Assembly: GCA_003669585.1 (NCBI GenBank) | Contig: QWOQ01000005.1 | Span: forward strand, 131,846-195,845 | Length of the DNA: 64,000 nt | Source: Planctomycetota bacterium | GTDB lineage: Bacteria; Planctomycetota; Planctomycetia; Pirellulales; UBA1268 | Direction: 5' to 3' | In this document: positions 61,834 to 64,000 of the stretch, in pieces | Numbering within the stretch: position 1 is the first letter of the stretch | Layout: each line of letters starts with the position of its first letter | Position numbers and translations under genes: made by a program | Notes under the pieces: model-generated | What the model was told of the DNA's origin: nothing | Seen by the model: the letters and a program-made list of their open reading frames with translations, nothing else | The model's database searches: none

Positions 61834-63285
61834 ATGAATCTCCCACGATCACTTCCGACACTCGATATTCTTCCTGATGATGATGACGCTTCGTCCGAGC
61901 TTTTTTCGGCCTCTTCGCATGCGCCACTGCGGGGAACATTCGCCTTGGTGACTTTGGGATGCCCTAAAAATCTCGTTGATAGTGAACGGATGCTAGGGCT
62001 TCTTCGTGATGATGGCTGGCAGCTTGTGAAGGAGCCTCGAGGATCGGACCTTGTCATTGTCAATACATGTGCATTCATTGATCAGTCCAGAAAAGAATCG
62101 TACGGTGCAATTGAGGAAATGATTGCACTTAAGGTCTCCGGGGGCACGCGCGGTGTGATCGTCTCGGGATGTCTTGCGGAAAGACAAAAAGAGGCTCTTT
62201 TCGAAGAATGTCCGGGCATCGATTCGGTTATCGGTGTATTTTCCCGCGATGAAATTGCTCGTGTAGCCGAACGACTCATTGGAGGACTGACTGAGCAGCG
62301 CAGCCTTTTTCGACCGGCTCCCTCACAGCCTCTTGAAGATCGCGGACGATTGCGAGTCACGCCACGCCACATGGCGTACCTCAAGATTTCTGAGGGATGC
62401 GATCGGACCTGCACATTTTGCGCAATTCCAAAAATGCGAGGCAAGCATGCGACAAAACCTTTTGAAGAGGTTCTTCGGGAGGCCCGCGAACTTGCGGCGG
62501 ATGGCGTCAAAGAGCTCGTTATCGTTGCGCAAGACACCACCTACTACGGCATGGATCTTTATGGCGAGCCGCGACTCGTCGAGCTGCTTGCAGAATTGGA
62601 AAAAGTCGAAGGGATTCGTTGGATTCGACTGATGTACCTCTATCCAATTTACTTTTCGGACGCATTAATTGACACGATTGCCAACAGCACAAAAATTATT
62701 CCTTATCTTGATATGCCATTGCAACACGCTTGTGATGCGGTGCTCAAACGGATGCAGCGACGCGTTGGTAGAGCGCCAACTGAAGTGCTTCTGCATCGCC
62801 TCCGATCACAGATTCCGAATCTCGTCATTCGCACAACTTGTATCACCGGTTTTCCCGGAGAGACTGACGAGCAATTTGAGGAACTGTTCGAATTTGTAAA
62901 AAAGTGGAAGTTTGAACGATTAGGAGTTTTTCCATACTCATTTGAGCCAGACACGCCCGCAGCACGCCTCGATGGACATCTTCCCGAGGAGGTAAAACTA
63001 TTCAGGCGTGACCGTCTGATGAGTTTGCAACAGTCGATCGCGTATGACTGGAGTCGCCGTCAGGTTGGCAAGGTATTCGACGTCATCATTGATTCCCAAA
63101 GTTCTACTCGAGCCGATGTTTGGATCGGCCGAAGCTATGCGGATGCTCCCGATATCGACGGCTCGGTATACGTTACAGCCAGCGGTCTTCGCGTTGGACA
63201 AATCGTGCCAGTCGAGATCGTCGCTTCGAGTGGGTACGATCTGGCAGGAGTTCCAGCGGAAATCGCCTCTGCTGGAAAACAGTAG
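61834..63285 (+). CDS. rimO: Ribosomal protein S12 methylthiotransferase
   Basis: LGCPKNLVDSE, AYLKISEGCDRTCTFC, DAPDIDG TRAM domain. Confidence 0.96.
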   Translation: MNLPRSLPTLDILPDDDDASSELFSASSHAPLRGTFALVTLGCPKNLVDSERMLGLLRDDGWQLVKEPRGSDLVIVNTCAFIDQSRKESYGAIEEMIALKVSGGTRGVIVSGCLAERQKEALFEECPGIDSVIGVFSRDEIARVAERLIGGLTEQRSLFRPAPSQPLEDRGRLRVTPRHMAYLKISEGCDRTCTFCAIPKMRGKHATKPFEEVLREARELAADGVKELVIVAQDTTYYGMDLYGEPRLVELLAELEKVEGIRWIRLMYLYPIYFSDALIDTIANSTKIIPYLDMPLQHACDAVLKRMQRRVGRAPTEVLLHRLRSQIPNLVIRTTCITGFPGETDEQFEELFEFVKKWKFERLGVFPYSFEPDTPAARLDGHLPEEVKLFRRDRLMSLQQSIAYDWSRRQVGKVFDVIIDSQSSTRADVWIGRSYADAPDIDGSVYVTASGLRVGQIVPVEIVASSGYDLAGVPAEIASAGKQ

Positions 63286-63377
63286 CTTTGTCCATGTATG
63301 GTTCAATCAACGATGCGACGGAATTGTTTCTGGCGACTGTCAAGCCAACGGCAAGGAGCCTTTGAGGCAACGCGCGT

Positions 63378-63986
63378 ATGAGTGATGGTTTTAGCTCACG
63401 TGAAAACGAATCGTCGCGGCGAATTGTAAACGTTCCTAACGGAATTTCTTTGGTGCGACTGTTGTTGTCACCAGTTCTTTTTACGGCGATTGCATCGCAG
63501 TGGCATCGAACGGCGTGTTCTCTTTTCATAATTATTTCGCTCAGTGACGTGCTTGACGGATGGTGGGCAAGAAAATTTAACCAGGTCACCGCTGTCGGTC
63601 GGGTGCTCGACCCGTTGCTCGACAAAGTCGCGATATGCGGAGCGATGATTCTATTGGCAGATTCGCGAGGAGAAATTGCCTCGGCGATTGTTTCTTGGAT
63701 GGCCGTAGTCGTGGTGGTGAGAGAACTCGTTGTCACTGCGATTCGCAGTGAGCTAGAACGTCTGGGACATGATTTTTCAGCCGGTGTTTCCGGAAAACTA
63801 AAAATGGTTTTGCAGTGTGCTGGCATTACCATGGAACTCTGCACTCGCATTTGGCCGAGTCAATCGCTTCACGACGCAACCGTGTGGGTCATTCTGGCAG
63901 CGGTCGTAGCAACGATCTACTCGGGAGTGGAGTACTTCATTGCTGCATGGCGAGTGGTTCAAAAACAAGGAGAGAAGCGATCATGA
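63378..63986 (+). CDS. pgsA: CDP-diacylglycerol--glycerol-3-phosphate 3-phosphatidyltransferase
   Basis: NVPNGISLVR, DVLDGWWAR...GRVLDPLLDK, GKLKMVLQ; follows rimO. Confidence 0.92.
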   Translation: MSDGFSSRENESSRRIVNVPNGISLVRLLLSPVLFTAIASQWHRTACSLFIIISLSDVLDGWWARKFNQVTAVGRVLDPLLDKVAICGAMILLADSRGEIASAIVSWMAVVVVVRELVVTAIRSELERLGHDFSAGVSGKLKMVLQCAGITMELCTRIWPSQSLHDATVWVILAAVVATIYSGVEYFIAAWRVVQKQGEKRS

Positions 63987-64000
63987 GTGCAACTGAAGGC

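Noticed and set aside
63983-64000. Start of the gene after pgsA
   Set aside because: Only six codons are visible; product cannot be supported.

Overview
Planctomycete-like chromosome (DUF1549/1553, DUF1501, DUF1552/DUF1592 and FGE-sulfatase families). About 1-57.7 kb is a mosaic accessory region ending at an initiator tRNA-Met gene (57747-57820, minus), next to decayed tyrosine-integrase and ParB-like remnants. Core genes follow (trmL, ispG, rimO, pgsA). The accessory part holds a GntR/FadR-regulated 2-oxoacid catabolic cluster, planctomycete cytochrome-c/DUF modules, CorA, a sialidase and GH88/105 hydrolase, a MarR-RND efflux unit, an MNT-HEPN pair and several IS and gene remnants. Two signals stand out. 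(1) A conserved 36-bp site (ACGCTTG[TG/CC]GAAGTGCCGTTGACCGGGCTATCCTTT) occurs five times at junctions between unrelated gene modules, always pointing into co-oriented genes. It resembles an IS91/ISCR-type ori end or portable promoter and suggests a gene-cassette accretion system with no transposase in the window. (2) An FGE-sulfatase (C-type-lectin fold) gene and an orphan copy of its 3' end differ at positions 1-2 of NNC codons, as expected for targets of a remote diversity-generating retroelement. The two copies flank an orphan VgrG/gp5-tail-like gene. Family calls come from motif recognition by eye; no searches were run.
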